Assembly (NCBI GenBank): GCA_001662655.1 | Contig: KV460222.1 | Strand: one strand, 5' to 3' | Length of the DNA: 64,000 nucleotides | Source of the DNA: Pseudogymnoascus verrucosus | Lineage: Eukaryota | Shown: one piece after another, positions 48,448-60,480 of the stretch | How positions within the stretch are numbered: the stretch's first letter is position 1 | How the letters are laid out: each line of letters starts with the position of its first letter | Notes under the pieces: model-generated | What the model was told of the DNA's origin: nothing | Databases searched by the model: none | What the model saw: the letters and a program-made list of their open reading frames with translations, nothing else | Translations under genes and position numbers: made by a program

Positions 48448-50004
48448 TCATGGTAAGATGCATATCTCTGGACCCTTAGGAACCAAGTCAAACCACAGTC
48501 CTCTAAAGCCATTCTCCCGAGCTGATCTAATGAAATTCACAAAGGTGACAAATTTTGTCAAGTAGGCCACAGATATTCCAGGTCCAGGTATCATTTCAAG
48601 AATTTCGTCCCCGCATTCCCGGGTAACCTCTAGAATGGCTACAAGGAGGGGAAAACTGGTGTTTTGCATCGTAGTTTTGCCTTGCAGCTGTGTAGAGCAT
48701 TGCTTAAAGTCACTGACAATGGCATTTGCATATACCTCAGCAATCTCATCATTGACGCCAAAGGGGTTTTTTAGACGATGAATAACCAGTAGTGCTGCGA
48801 GGCGATACACCCGGGCCTGGGTGAGCATGATCAAAACCTCCGACGCGAAATAATTCTCTGCGAAGCCTGACGGGATGGTTGGTTCCCATGACCGGACTTT
48901 CTCCTCGATCCCTAAAAATATAGCCGGGTCCCCATATGCACTTGCCTCCCCATATGCACTTGCCGAGCCTGCCATACTAGCTGCGTTGCTTAAATCGCAA
49001 AGTTCGTAAAGAATAGGTAGAAAGGAAGAGCAAATCCCGACAAATCGATCAACCCGGTGCAGATCCGGGGCGAACCTGATTACTGGAATCTGTCTTTTGA
49101 CAAGACACTCAACCGTATCCATCAACACCGGCGTTGCTGTAATGGAATGAAGCCACTCCTCCCTGCAAAGCGCCGGGTACCATGGCTTCACACCAGTGAG
49201 GGAGTGTCGCAATATCATATGTGACCCCATACATGTTGTGAATATGTCAAAGGTTGCTAAGGATTGTCCCAAAAGAAGTATTCCAGCAGCAACATGAATA
49301 CTATTGATGTGTGTGGTACGGAGCTGTTCTAGCCCTGTGGCACCCCTCTTTACATAAACTTGGTCTACCATCGATTTGCGGTGGTGGGGTTCGCTCAACG
49401 CCCCCAAGATAGCTAAAAAGGTGTGCTCCAGGAGTAATGGCGAGGAGAGGTAGATGCTTGTCAAAGTTGAATGAAACTCGCGAACAAATGTAGGCCCGAT
49501 AACGAATTGCTTATTGGCCATATAGAACTCTTGGAGGTCTAACGCGCAACCCTGGAGTGACACGACTGAGGAATCGGCAAGACCCGCATATCGGCACAAC
49601 AAATTTGACACAGCGGAGTTGATAGTAGCTGGATCTTGCAGCCGTACATGACGACTGATGAAACTGGAGGCTGCTGCGCTGCCAGTGATTTGGGGCGCCT
49701 GTGGGGAATAATCCCACTTCAGCTCCTCAGACGCTGAATAGTTGTTGCGCCAAACCTGCTCCGTACAGCCATTTCCAAAGACTCGAAGAACTGGGCGACG
49801 ACCTGGGGCCAATTGGTGCCGTCTGGTTTCGCACTTCTCTTGTGCATGGCGGCATCGAAGACATGCTCGCGAGTTATCCTCGAAAACGCACTTCCCCTTG
49901 ACCACCCGGCAACGATCGCACGCTCGACTAGATGGCATCCGGCAATATCGGGTAAAAGTAGAAGAATAATACTTCGTCAACCCGGTCGCTGAGAGGAAGG
50001 CCAT
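48448..50004 (-). CDS. Zn2Cys6 transcription factor with a Fungal_trans_2-like C-terminal domain, intronless
   Basis: CDRCRVVKGKC...CLRC...C cluster; VDRFVGIC, LPILYELC and YRLAALLVIHRL motifs. Confidence 0.88.
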   Translation of the reverse strand: MAFLSATGLTKYYSSTFTRYCRMPSSRACDRCRVVKGKCVFEDNSRACLRCRHAQEKCETRRHQLAPGRRPVLRVFGNGCTEQVWRNNYSASEELKWDYSPQAPQITGSAAASSFISRHVRLQDPATINSAVSNLLCRYAGLADSSVVSLQGCALDLQEFYMANKQFVIGPTFVREFHSTLTSIYLSSPLLLEHTFLAILGALSEPHHRKSMVDQVYVKRGATGLEQLRTTHINSIHVAAGILLLGQSLATFDIFTTCMGSHMILRHSLTGVKPWYPALCREEWLHSITATPVLMDTVECLVKRQIPVIRFAPDLHRVDRFVGICSSFLPILYELCDLSNAASMAGSASAYGEASAYGDPAIFLGIEEKVRSWEPTIPSGFAENYFASEVLIMLTQARVYRLAALLVIHRLKNPFGVNDEIAEVYANAIVSDFKQCSTQLQGKTTMQNTSFPLLVAILEVTRECGDEILEMIPGPGISVAYLTKFVTFVNFIRSARENGFRGLWFDLVPKGPEICILP

Positions 50005-51136
50005 TCACTTTCTGCGTAGTGAGACCTCCATGGTAAGTCGAGTAGTTCGCGAAGCGACTTTCACCCAGAATCTAGATTGTGAAAGGCCTCACGTGCGCTA
50101 ATTCAGTGGCGGTATTCCATGCTCGAGATCAATCAACCAACCCCCCTAGCATTTTAGCGTAGTCCGAGGGTACTAGATACAATAGATGTTCCAAGTCGAT
50201 CAGATTACATTTACTGTTTATACAGCTTATGCATGTCCGTTAAATGTTCTGAAACTCCACTGTCTTACCAGACGGTAACAGATGACATGGTATAAGGTAA
50301 TCACAAACTTGCCTCAAGACACTTCCCCTCGTCGTAGCTTTCTGGTCCAGCCAGGATACCCTCAAGAATACATGGATATGGCGAGGAACAGAAGGATTAC
50401 GCGGCGTACGGGATGTGTCGCTTGATGTACATACGTACATCGCGAGCATGTGCACACCTGCCAAACAGACTTGGCAGGGTACAAGATGGGGAAATATACA
50501 CTAGCCATTTCGATATGAGGAACAGTTGCGCCAGGCCCCGGTTGCGGTCTGGGTGTTTAAACCATTCGGAGCCTAAGGTGTGCGCTATCGTCATAGGGTT
50601 TCCGGAGGTTTGTTTCCAAAAGAGTCCTAGCTTCCAATAGATCATTTTCAAGAGTTAAGTTCACAGCGTAGTTGCCACCCGCTGCCGTCCATCCTGACTC
50701 GATATATGCTCAATAATCTCAATTTGTCCGACTTCCAAGTCGGTAAGAATATTCTCCGAAAGACCCCCGGCCTTAGACTTCGGATGTTTGAGACAATATC
50801 TCATATCTTACCCCTATTGTTAGGAGTTACCTGGGGGGAGCAGCCCAAAACATCTTAAAACATTTTCATGCGTGTAGACATGGCTATGGCCCTTATTTTC
50901 AAATGTTGGATTATAATAGCTAGCCCCAGAGCCGTAGAGAACAGGACCGGCCATCATAAACCCCAAACGTCACCTAACTGATTAATAGCTTATCAAAAGC
51001 TTATTGATTGTAACACTTTGGCTTACCCTCGACGTAGGGCTCTTTAGCCGACTTATTTACTGCCTAGAATGTTTTCTATGTTTTCTAATGAATGTCTAAT
51101 AAACAGGTATACCTACAGAATGGCATAACTGCGTCA

Positions 51137-52211
51137 CTACTCAGTTTGAAGCACCTCCGACTGGCTATTCCGTATGCTTTCTTGGAGCCAACTTGGGCAG
51201 CTTTTGACCAAGGACGCGAGAGCATAGCCTGCCGGTAGGAAAACTTGCCCGCTCTGCCCTTTTACAATATGTGAAACAACTGCTTCCGCAACGGCGTCAG
51301 CCTCTATAGTCCGTGAATTCCACAAACTACTTTCAACCTGTTTTTGGATGAGTGGTGTGCGTACAAATGTTGGATGAATTATCCTAGAATATTATGAGCT
51401 TTGGGGAATTTCTCAATCAGCAGCCCAGTGTAACTTACGATGTACGAACTTTCCTTGCATCATACCTATGCCGAAGCTCCTGTGCCAGGCCTTCATGAAA
51501 ACTCAGAGCCGCGGCCTTTGTACAAGAGTATGAAACATTCGATGCAAGCGTCACAAAGCTCGCCATGCTTGCAACAGTGACTACATGGCCATGGTTTTGT
51601 TTGATCATGTGCGGAAGGAATTCACGCACTACCCAAAAATGAGCAATATTGTTGACATCAAAAGTGCGCCGAATTTCTTCATCTGTTTCGTCGAGTAGAG
51701 GTTTTGCGCTGCCAATACCTGCATTATTGATCAAAATGCTCGGGCAGCCCACATCCTCACTAATACGTCGTGCTGTACTGCGAATTGTCTCTGGGGATGT
51801 AATGTCGCACTTGTAGAAATGAACAAGAGTGGGCATGGCGACCTTTGGGGGCGTAATATCGAGTACGACCACTTTGATATTGCGTTCAGCAAATTTCCGT
51901 GCGATCTGTTCACCAATCCCACTGCAGCCGCCGGTAATTAAAACAACTTCTCTCCTCCAGTCCCACTTGTCCGAAGTCCAGTTGTTCAGAATCAACCTAG
52001 ACAGAGCTTTGCCGCAAATATATATGATTCCAGCGGTGCAGAGTGCTTGCAATCCCAGGCGGCTGTAGCGATTGGTTGATATGTGTCTGAGAAAGGGGTT
52101 CAGTACAAGCTTCTCATGTACTTTTGAACTAAGGATGTCGACTGACTGAAATATACGGGCCCTAATACAGAGTATGAGCCCCGGGCACGTAACCGACCAG
52201 AATTCTGCCAT
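51137..52211 (-). CDS. Membrane-anchored SDR (retinol dehydrogenase/17beta-HSD-like), 2 exons
   Basis: First ATG at 52211; TM segment, ITGGCSGIG, LINNAG, VASMAS, YSCTK; intron about 51438-51384. Confidence 0.87.
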
Positions 52212-52991
52212 ATCTGACGCTCTGTATGGTGGCAACTTGAAAAAAAATGATAAAGAGATTGTTTCAAACACCAAGTGAGCACATCTATTATATAGACAGA
52301 TCGCAGTTATTCTAACCTCGGTATTTGTTATTTTGCCTCGGTATCAAGAAACAATTTATTGATTCGAGTTATTCCACCTCAATGCTCCGATACCCCAGGA
52401 GGTGCAAAACTCCTAGGACACGCTAGGGTAATGGGGCGCCTGAGTTTTGCGCTGGCAACCTCTTAATTAATAATACATATCAATAATACATATGATCTTT
52501 AAGCCAACTTCTCAAAGTGGGAGTGGGTCACTTCTTACATGTCACGGAGCGCCGGACTTGACTGTATTGTAGTAATGCTATGCGGCCCAACGACCGCCGC
52601 GCTTGCATTTGGGGAGGTGCAACATGGTGCCGTCAGGGCTGAGCCGGCTAGGACTCTTTGGGTAAAAATCCTCCGGCAGTCTAACTTGTTGTGATACGAT
52701 GCACTCCAGGCTTCAGATAGTTTAGCAGATATACCTACCATGCCCTGGCTTAAATCGCCACTAGCGCCCTGCCTTGCCGCCCGGCTCCACGCACAACCGT
52801 GGGCCCACAAGACATTGTCATAGATGCGGCTTAAAGACAAAAGATATTTTGTGCGTACCAGGAGCCGAGGTAATAAGTGAATAGTTGACCGCGCGCTCCA
52901 AACTCATGTGCTCTGGAAAGGAAACGTACAAATTGCCGGCCTTTCCCAAAAACAGTATGGGGTGAAAGACCACAATATTTCAATACTGGAG

Positions 52992-53982
52992 ATGGCCGCC
53001 GCAGGGATTGAACGTCGTGTGGATATCACAATTGCTTCGTGCTCAGGGGTCTTTATGTGTGGATGGCTTTACTCGTCTCAACGGTTTACTGCATCGAACC
53101 CGGGACCAGCCATCGTCTTGGCCCACGGCCTGGGTGGAACGAAAGAGCTAAAGCTTGATGTGTATGCCGACAGTTTCAATCGGATGGGATACACATGTGT
53201 TGTCTTCGATTACCGTTGCAGTGGTGGATCTGATGGTCTGCCACGAGGTCTAATTGACTGGCATCAGCAGCAAGAGGACTGGAAATCTGCTATCGAGTAT
53301 ACCCGTCAGTTGGAGAACGTTGATTTGGAAAATGTCGGCCTTTTTGGAACATCTTTCAGTGGGGGCCATGTCATACAACTGGCCGCTATTGATAAGAAAC
53401 TGAAAGCAGCCATCTCTCAATGTCCCTTCACTTCTGGCTGGCAGAGTGCTCTTTGTACAGGAATTGCAGCCGCCACGAGGATTGCAGGGCTTGGTCTGCT
53501 AGATATTCTCTTTGGCTCAGACGAAAGGCCAATAACCATACCGCTGACCGGAAAGCCAGGTGAGAGTAAGTAAACCCTATTATACTTAGGAGAATAATAC
53601 TAAGGAGCTAAAATCTACGATAGCGGCTTTGATGAATGCTCCAGACGTACTCAGCACGTTTCCACCACTTATCCCTGAAGGTCATCCGTTTCAAGAAAGA
53701 GTCCCTGCTCGCCTAGCTTTAAAGCTTCCTTTCCTGAGACCAGGATCTTTTGCATCAGAGACTGAATGTCCAATCCTTTTTGCTATATGTGGCAAAGACT
53801 CAGTGGCACCCGCAGGCGCAACCTTGGCATACGCGAAAACAGCCTCCAAGGGAGTGATCAAGTGGTATGAAGACGTAGGCCATTTTGAAATTTACTATGG
53901 TCAGGCATTCCAACAAGCTATACAAGACTATAAGCAGTTCCTCCAAGAATATTTGCCAATCAAGCGCCAGGGAGAGGAATAA
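52992..53982 (+). CDS. Alpha/beta-hydrolase (acyltransferase/esterase type), 2 exons
   Basis: AHGLGG oxyanion motif, FDYR, nucleophile GTSFSGG, acid KDSVAP, GHFEIY; intron about 53562-53622. Confidence 0.88.
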
Positions 53983-54180
53983 TTGAACAGAGCATAACAT
54001 ACATGCATAGCGAATGCTACAACATAGCGAATGACACAAAATAGCGAATGAGACAAAATATCGCGACCACGCCACAAGAATTGCGATAAATCCACCACCA
54101 CAATAGAAATCAATTCAAACTACTTACTTACCAACGTGTCTATTACAATCTGACAGTGTCGACTCTCTGTCTTTGATACT

Positions 54181-54220
54181 GGTGGGTGACCACCAACGAA
54201 TACCTTCCGTTGTATGTTTT
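54181..54220 (+). rRNA. Second 5S rRNA relic (last ~36 nt plus T-run), non-functional
   Basis: GGTGGGTGACCACCAACGAATACCTTCCGTTGTATGTTTT matches the reverse complement of 45461-45500 at 36 of 40 positions. Confidence 0.8.
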
Positions 54221-54869
54221 GACTTTTATTATTATTTGTAGAAACAAAATTAGAGTTTTATGAGTGTGCTGTTATGTTAATGTGAGACGAAGAGCATAGA
54301 GCAGTGACGCCATGTACTATGTATTCAAACGGTATAACCTAATCTATTATCATAAGCTGCTCTCCCTTTTACTCGTGATATAGTGAATATCAGGGCCGTC
54401 GAAGCATGGAACGACTATTGGCAGACACCTCCGTTCTAGTTTTGGTATTTGCCAGGCTTCAACTCGCTTTAGCCGACCACCTGTAAGGTTATCGGTGCGG
54501 ACACGAAGATTAATAGTCTTTTTTGCTAGTGGTGCTAGGTCCTGTGAAACTGTAGAATCAGGCTCTTATAGAGGGACGAATCAATGTATGAGGGCATGCA
54601 CGCAGGTCATCGGTTAGAGCGACGAAGATTGGAATGGGAGGTCGAAAAACGAGGATATCAGAAGGCAAGACTGGTATACACTTACATCAACAAGGCATGC
54701 GTCTCCTTGAAGTGTGTACAGTCTTGGATTCTGAAGATAGGCATAGAACCGCATACTTTTGTAGTAGGATGATTGTCTATGCATCACTGGTCGTCACCAA
54801 GGTAGTCACAAACAGTGAGAAATTGGCAGTATCATGGAGTTACACCACGCAAACAAGTATCATGATGGG

Positions 54870-55499
54870 TCATAGTTTCTCTTTTGGTACTGATATCCAC
54901 ATCCCATCACATGTAGCAAACCTTACACCGTTCTCGTTCTTCACAGTGACATCTATAAAGACCTTTCTCCCCTCAATCCTATTCAACGTCGCCGTCACTA
55001 ACACAATGTGGGGAGTAGCCAAAGGCTTCTGAAAACGAACATTCATGCTCGCAGTGAACATCGCAATGCCGTGCAAGTTCATGACATTTGGCGGTGTTGT
55101 TACTTTTCGTGCCTCGACGTCTTTGTAAACTTCGTGGTTGACAAAAATCATACTACCCATGGCCTCGTCCATCAAAGCAGAAATGAGACCACCGTGAGCA
55201 GAACCATTAAAGCCATTGATTCCTGGGCGTAGGTCGAAGATTAGGGTTGAAGAATTGACCAAAAGCCGTAACGCTGACCCTGAGGGAGGAGATGATGTAG
55301 TCTTAGAGAAAGGATCCTGGTAAAATCCGACACAATTTGGTATTGCATCATCGTTTCTGAGGCTTTTCCGGAAGAATTGATCTTGTGTTGGGCAATACCC
55401 ATTCGCATCTTCTTGTAGTCGACATGTGGGTGTGAATGTAACAATGCCAGTTTTCTCTAAGATAGCGGCACACCACGGGATCGACTTGAAGTAATCCAT
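54870..55499 (-). CDS. Hotdog-fold (PaaI-like) thioesterase, intronless
   Basis: NGFNGSAHGGLISALMDEAMG and TASMNVRFQKP motifs. Confidence 0.88.
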   Translation of the reverse strand: MDYFKSIPWCAAILEKTGIVTFTPTCRLQEDANGYCPTQDQFFRKSLRNDDAIPNCVGFYQDPFSKTTSSPPSGSALRLLVNSSTLIFDLRPGINGFNGSAHGGLISALMDEAMGSMIFVNHEVYKDVEARKVTTPPNVMNLHGIAMFTASMNVRFQKPLATPHIVLVTATLNRIEGRKVFIDVTVKNENGVRFATCDGMWISVPKEKL

Positions 55500-55937
55500 T
55501 CGGCTGAATATTTGTGGCCCTGAAAGAATGCGCGATTATCGAGGTGTTTTGTTGATACCAAAATGAGATACTTTTGAACGATGGTGAACAATATATATTC
55601 TAAGATGACCTAGCACCTTGGCTAGGTGTGCCGCGGTACGCGGTTTCCCGATAGACATATGCATGTCGCGGACCATCTTTTTTTTGGGCCAACTGAGGCA
55701 GAGATCTGCGGCTCAATAAAATCTTCTCAGCCCACTCCGACAGGCCAAGTATGCGATGTAATTGTCTTCGATAGAGATCTGCGGCTCCATAAATCTGCTC
55801 TGGCGCACTGTGGTGGAAGCGCGCCCACTCCGACGGACGAAGTAGTCCCAACGCCAGCCTGCTTCTACCTTCTCAAGTGTCACGATCGAGCACGAGAGAC
55901 TTCAAAATTTCTCTATTGTCTATCAAGATTTCTTATC

Positions 55938-56634
55938 ATGGACAAGACCAATCTTCGTGAGGCGCGTCTGAGAGCTCGAAAATCTCTAGATAGAGCCGGT
56001 AAACTCGATTTCAAGCCTGTTTCTTCTGCAAAATGGGTAGATGTTGAGCGTAGCTGGACGGGGAAAATTTACGTCCGCATCAAACGACACTGTGCGCGAC
56101 TGCACCCCAGAGATGATCCGTTGGTGGTTTGAAAACCTTGTACGACAGACTACCTGGGATGGCATTGGGTTTAACGGTCCTGAGATCTCCTATCACCTGT
56201 GGCATCACCGCGATCATGTCTCAGTGGCTCCTCTTACCGGCAGTCACAACAAAGGTTTCGCGACCCACGAGAAGTCTCGAATTACAGAACAGTTCAACGA
56301 TCACCATAACAAAATCGAAGTGGATGTCTACACAGAACGCCTCGATGACGAAGAGTTTAATTTCTCAATCAAGAAATTCGGGTTTACCGCCGTCCATCTC
56401 AATCACTTTTACTCTGCTGAGGGTGATGGCTCTCGATGCTACGCTGAGAATGTAGTTGGTTTGGATGTCCCTCTCCTTGGGTGGCTTTTTAACTGGGTTA
56501 TTCTTCCCTTTATATATTCGAAAAGGACCGCAGAGCATTGGATTCGTCACAATGTGGAGGAGACAGGAAGGTCAGAATAAATTATTCCGGTGTTGTACAA
56601 TTACGACAAGAAACTTGCGCAGCGTGCGAAATAG
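55938..56634 (+). pseudogene. PhlG-like (2,4-diacetylphloroglucinol hydrolase-like) gene with a frameshift and a premature stop
   Basis: ATG at 55938; frame change at about 56082-56087 joins VRIK to DTVRDCTPEMIRWWFENL; YHLWHHRDH; HWIRHNVEETGRSE, then TAA at 56578-56580 reading through to IIPVLYNY...K-TAG at 56634. Confidence 0.65.
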
Positions 56635-57287
56635 GACTGGATTTTTATTATACTAGTTAACCCAATCTTTGGTGACGCTTCGTGCAGCAGGCCAGGATAA
56701 CCAGAAACGCGAAAAGAGGATATAGCCTCATGAATGTGCTCGGCAACGCCTAGCTCATAAGCTCGTGCGCAGCAGTTGAAGTGAAACAAAAAAAAAAAGA
56801 AGGCAACCTTTCAACATGTGAGAACAGGTCAACTGACGGGTCAGGACAATTATAATTTTCGAAGTTAACAGGTGCGGCGAGAGCGACCTTGGGATGCTTA
56901 GCACCCAATTCAGGACACGTCACGTTTACGGCTACACAGATTCTTCAAAAATGACGGCTCAAACTATTACCTTAGCTAAAGAAGCAAAGGCTCCTATTTC
57001 CCTATGCCTTAATGGTAAGAGGTGGAGTAACTGCTAGGCTCTGAAAGGGACGGATTTGACAATTATCAATTCCTGATGCTGATTTGCGTGGTAAACGGAT
57101 AATCCTAACTGAGCTAAGGGTGGAGTTGGTAGAGAAGCAGCGCTCCAATTTGCCAAATGGAGGGCTAAGATAGTTCTTGGGAGCCGCGATCCACCACCAC
57201 ATGAGCTGCATCCAGATGATGCAGTGCGAGAAATGAAGTCTGCAGCATTAGCTGCTGCTCATTAAAACACGACAGTTCAATGGTGGG

Positions 57288-59878
57288 CAGTGTTCGGCGG
57301 GTACCACTTGGGGTATATACCCGGAGCTTCGCGGGTAGAGTAGGTAGGTAGGTAGGATATCACGGGTAGGTATGGGTATATACCCGGGTATATGAGGCTC
57401 TGCTATAAAATTGCTATGCAGAAAAGTAGAATTGAGGTTAATAATAACTATGATAATAACGTTAGGTCGTGATATAATAATGTAATATACTGTTGCAACC
57501 CCTATTCCTCCCACTCATCGTCTCCATCGCCTTCGCTGTCGTCACCTTCTGGAAGTACACCCCAATCCCGTAGGCAGAGTAAATATCTTACAGTTGAAGG
57601 CGACAGCCGGTTCCGCTTCTTAGTAATTATATCGCTGCCATTACTAAATACCCGCTCTGATGCAGCAGATGTAGCTGGAATTGCAAGATAGTCTCTTGCA
57701 ATTTGCGCAACAATTGGATACATATACTGCTTTGATAACCAGTACTTTAGAATATCTGTCTGTTGGCCAGGCCGTAGCTCAAGTATCCACCGCTTCCACT
57801 CAGGTTCTTGAAATGAGATTCCTTCTGTAGCGTATAGATCATCGTCAGAATCAGTCTCATGGACTGCTGCATTAGCTAATTCTGTCTGCTGCTCGATTCT
57901 CTCAGTGTCAAGATGATATTGACGGGTCTTATACTGTGTAAAGACATCTTGAAAGTGAGCTCTTACTCGATTCCTTTTACTTGCCTCTCTACTACTTGGC
58001 CATAAGCTTGTAAAGACTTTAAGATTCATTCTTAGATCACAAATTGTAGCTACACTTAAGTGGCTATACTGCTGGTTTGCTAAAAGAGTATAATACTCAT
58101 TTAGCTTGTAAAGCGCTGCGTTGCATGCAATTCCAATTGTAGACTGCTCACCCACTTCCTTTAGCATATAATTAAGCTTATTAATCATTTTTAAATACTG
58201 TGGAATAGCGTAGTTAAGAGTAGGGTATGTGCTAGCTTGTAGCTTCTACAAAGGGCGTAAGAAGATAACGAAAAATAGCTCAAGCTCTTTAATCATTGAC
58301 CAGTCATTAGCATTAAGAGCAATATCTCTCATGCTAATATCCCACTGCTGCGACGCACAGATAGCTGTAATTGGCACTTGAAGCTTTATTACGGATTTAA
58401 GCATCTTATGTGTTGAATTCCAGCGGACTGGCATATCAAGTGATAATTGCTGTACTTTAAGGCCAGCTACCATTGTTTGCTTCTGTAGAGCGTCCTTCCA
58501 TAACCGGCGATTCCGAAACACATAGATATGTCTCCGAAGTTTAGCAAGTGTATTCATAACTTCTGTATGAGAATCAACAGTGCGTGGGATTCGTGCAGCA
58601 CCTAGCTCACACCTATATGTCTCCGACTCTGCTGAAGGGTCCGCTTTGATTGTCTTTAAAGCGTGTTGAACAGCAATATTAATAATATGTGCAATACAAC
58701 GTACATCGCCTTCTTTAACAGTAAAAGTCCACGGCTGTTGTATAGAAGTTGAATGATTGCGAGCTAAGAGCTCGTACTCAGCAAGCATAACAGTGTTAGC
58801 TGATGCATTATCTCGTGTACATGTAAAGATAGCATCAGTAATCCCCATATCATCTGTAACGGCATATAATTGGCTTGCAAGATATTCACCGCTGTGAATT
58901 GGCTCTTTCAGATGAATCACATCTAACAGATTTGACTTCTGCTGCCACTTGCTATTTATCTAATGTGCTGTTACTGCAGAGTATTCGGTGTAGTTGCGTG
59001 CAGACCATGAGTCGGTAGTCAAGCATATCCAGCCTCCATTTGCAATATGAGAATGGAGTTCTGCTTGTAACTGAGCACGGCATAGTGAGAACCGCCTTTA
59101 AAGGTCGCGATGTAGTGTTCTAGCAGATACTGACAAAGTAATAGGGCTTAAGAATTGAATAATTTGACGAAAAGATAGACTATCAACAAGGCGTAATGAC
59201 AGATTGTTTGATACTATAAATTGTAGCAGTAAATCTCTATACTTTGATGCATTGACTGGCTGCTTAGCCGTTGTCTTCTTTAGCTCAAAGAACGATGAGC
59301 TACTTGACGGACTTGATGCTGCTTGTGCCTAGTCGTTCTTTCTCATGCTAAATGAGATTTGCGGGTGCTTTTGGGTGTAGTGCTTCCATAAGTTACCAGT
59401 TGATTTATCTGAGAATACTAATGGCTGCGGTGAATAACCGCAGTCTGGCTGGCTACAGGTAACCCGAATAGTTGGTGGTGTAGTGTCCAATAGCGTACGC
59501 ATATATAGATTCTTAGCAAACAGCGGTGAAGAGCTTGGAGGAAGCATTGTACGAGGTGGCTGGAGATAGAGCGATGGAAGAAGAGTAGGTAAGGTTGGCT
59601 CATTAACCTCATCGAGGCCAATGTCGTCGAGGCCAATAGGCACATCTGATAATGAGGAGTCGCTCATTATATGTTATGGCATCTACATCACAAGCATATT
59701 ACGAGCACAATATGGTTATATTCATAAATTCTAATTACTTGGCAAAGCTTGGCAAATACCCGGGGTATATACCTACCTACTCGAAATACCCGGGTAGTTT
59801 TCTCATATAAAAGGGTAGGTATATACCCGGGTATATACCCGGATACACTGGGTATATACCTACCTGTGCCGAACACTG
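57288..59878 (-). mobile_element. Complete hAT-superfamily DNA transposon (2591 bp)
   Basis: 11-bp perfect TIRs CAGTGTTCGGC (57288-57298; reverse complement at 59868-59878); 8-bp TSD ATGGTGGG (57280-57287 and 59879-59886); subterminal GGGTATATACC and GGTAGGTA arrays at both ends. Confidence 0.96.
57502..59667 (-). pseudogene. hAT transposase, a single 721-codon frame with four nonsense codons
   Basis: BED-like finger (C..C...LWKHY..KH), TTDSW, TRDNASAN, RCIAHIINI, VRWNST and dimerisation motif PATSAASERVFS. The three track ORFs share one frame, separated by TAG/TAA stops. Confidence 0.93.
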
Positions 59879-59963
59879 ATGGTGGGAGTATGATATGAGC
59901 AGTCTGAAAAGTGTCGAGGGACCCATAATATGTAAGGCGGGAGTCCCGAATCCTGGGAGAGTT

Positions 59964-60480
59964 TCAAAGATGGGTTGGTTCTTGAATGTGAGCCAACAGA
60001 CCTCCGAGGATTATCTGTGATGGATGAAGAGTACGGAGAATGTGATCGAGCGCATTTACAAGCTGGCCAGGATATTTCAATTCCGGGGCAAGCGTGTATT
60101 CTAGGCAGGAGAAGTCAGATGCACCAACGGCGTGTGCACAGTCGAGAGCGAACGGCAATTGGCATTGGTGCTGATTGGATGGACATAGGCGCCTCCATAA
60201 AAGTAGAGAAGAAGTCTCGCCCTCGGACGTTCTGTAATACGGATATAGTGTAACGTCGCTCGGAGTCCATGGTTGCCATTGGTGATATCGACGGACCTGC
60301 AGGCAATACCTGCATGCTTGTAGAAAGCCGTAATGTTTTGTCTTGTGGGGAGAGCTATGGCGCAGCTTTGCTTGAAAGAAATCCAGGTAGCAGATCGCAT
60401 ATAGGCCAATGCAAGAATACTTGTAGTTGACCGACCAACAGATAGTCGTGGAATCATCTGGATCAAAAACGTAATTAAGC
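59964..60480 (-). pseudogene. Relic of an HSL-family (Say1-like) alpha/beta esterase
   Basis: LLYFYGGAYVHP in one frame and LEYTLAPELKYPGQL...IILGG in another; the expected DSAGG nucleophile is missing. Confidence 0.6.

Noticed and set aside
54181..54220. Second 5S fragment as the far boundary of the Starship
   Set aside because: It is another 3' piece in the opposite orientation; a true far boundary needs the 5' half on the minus strand, which I did not find in the window.
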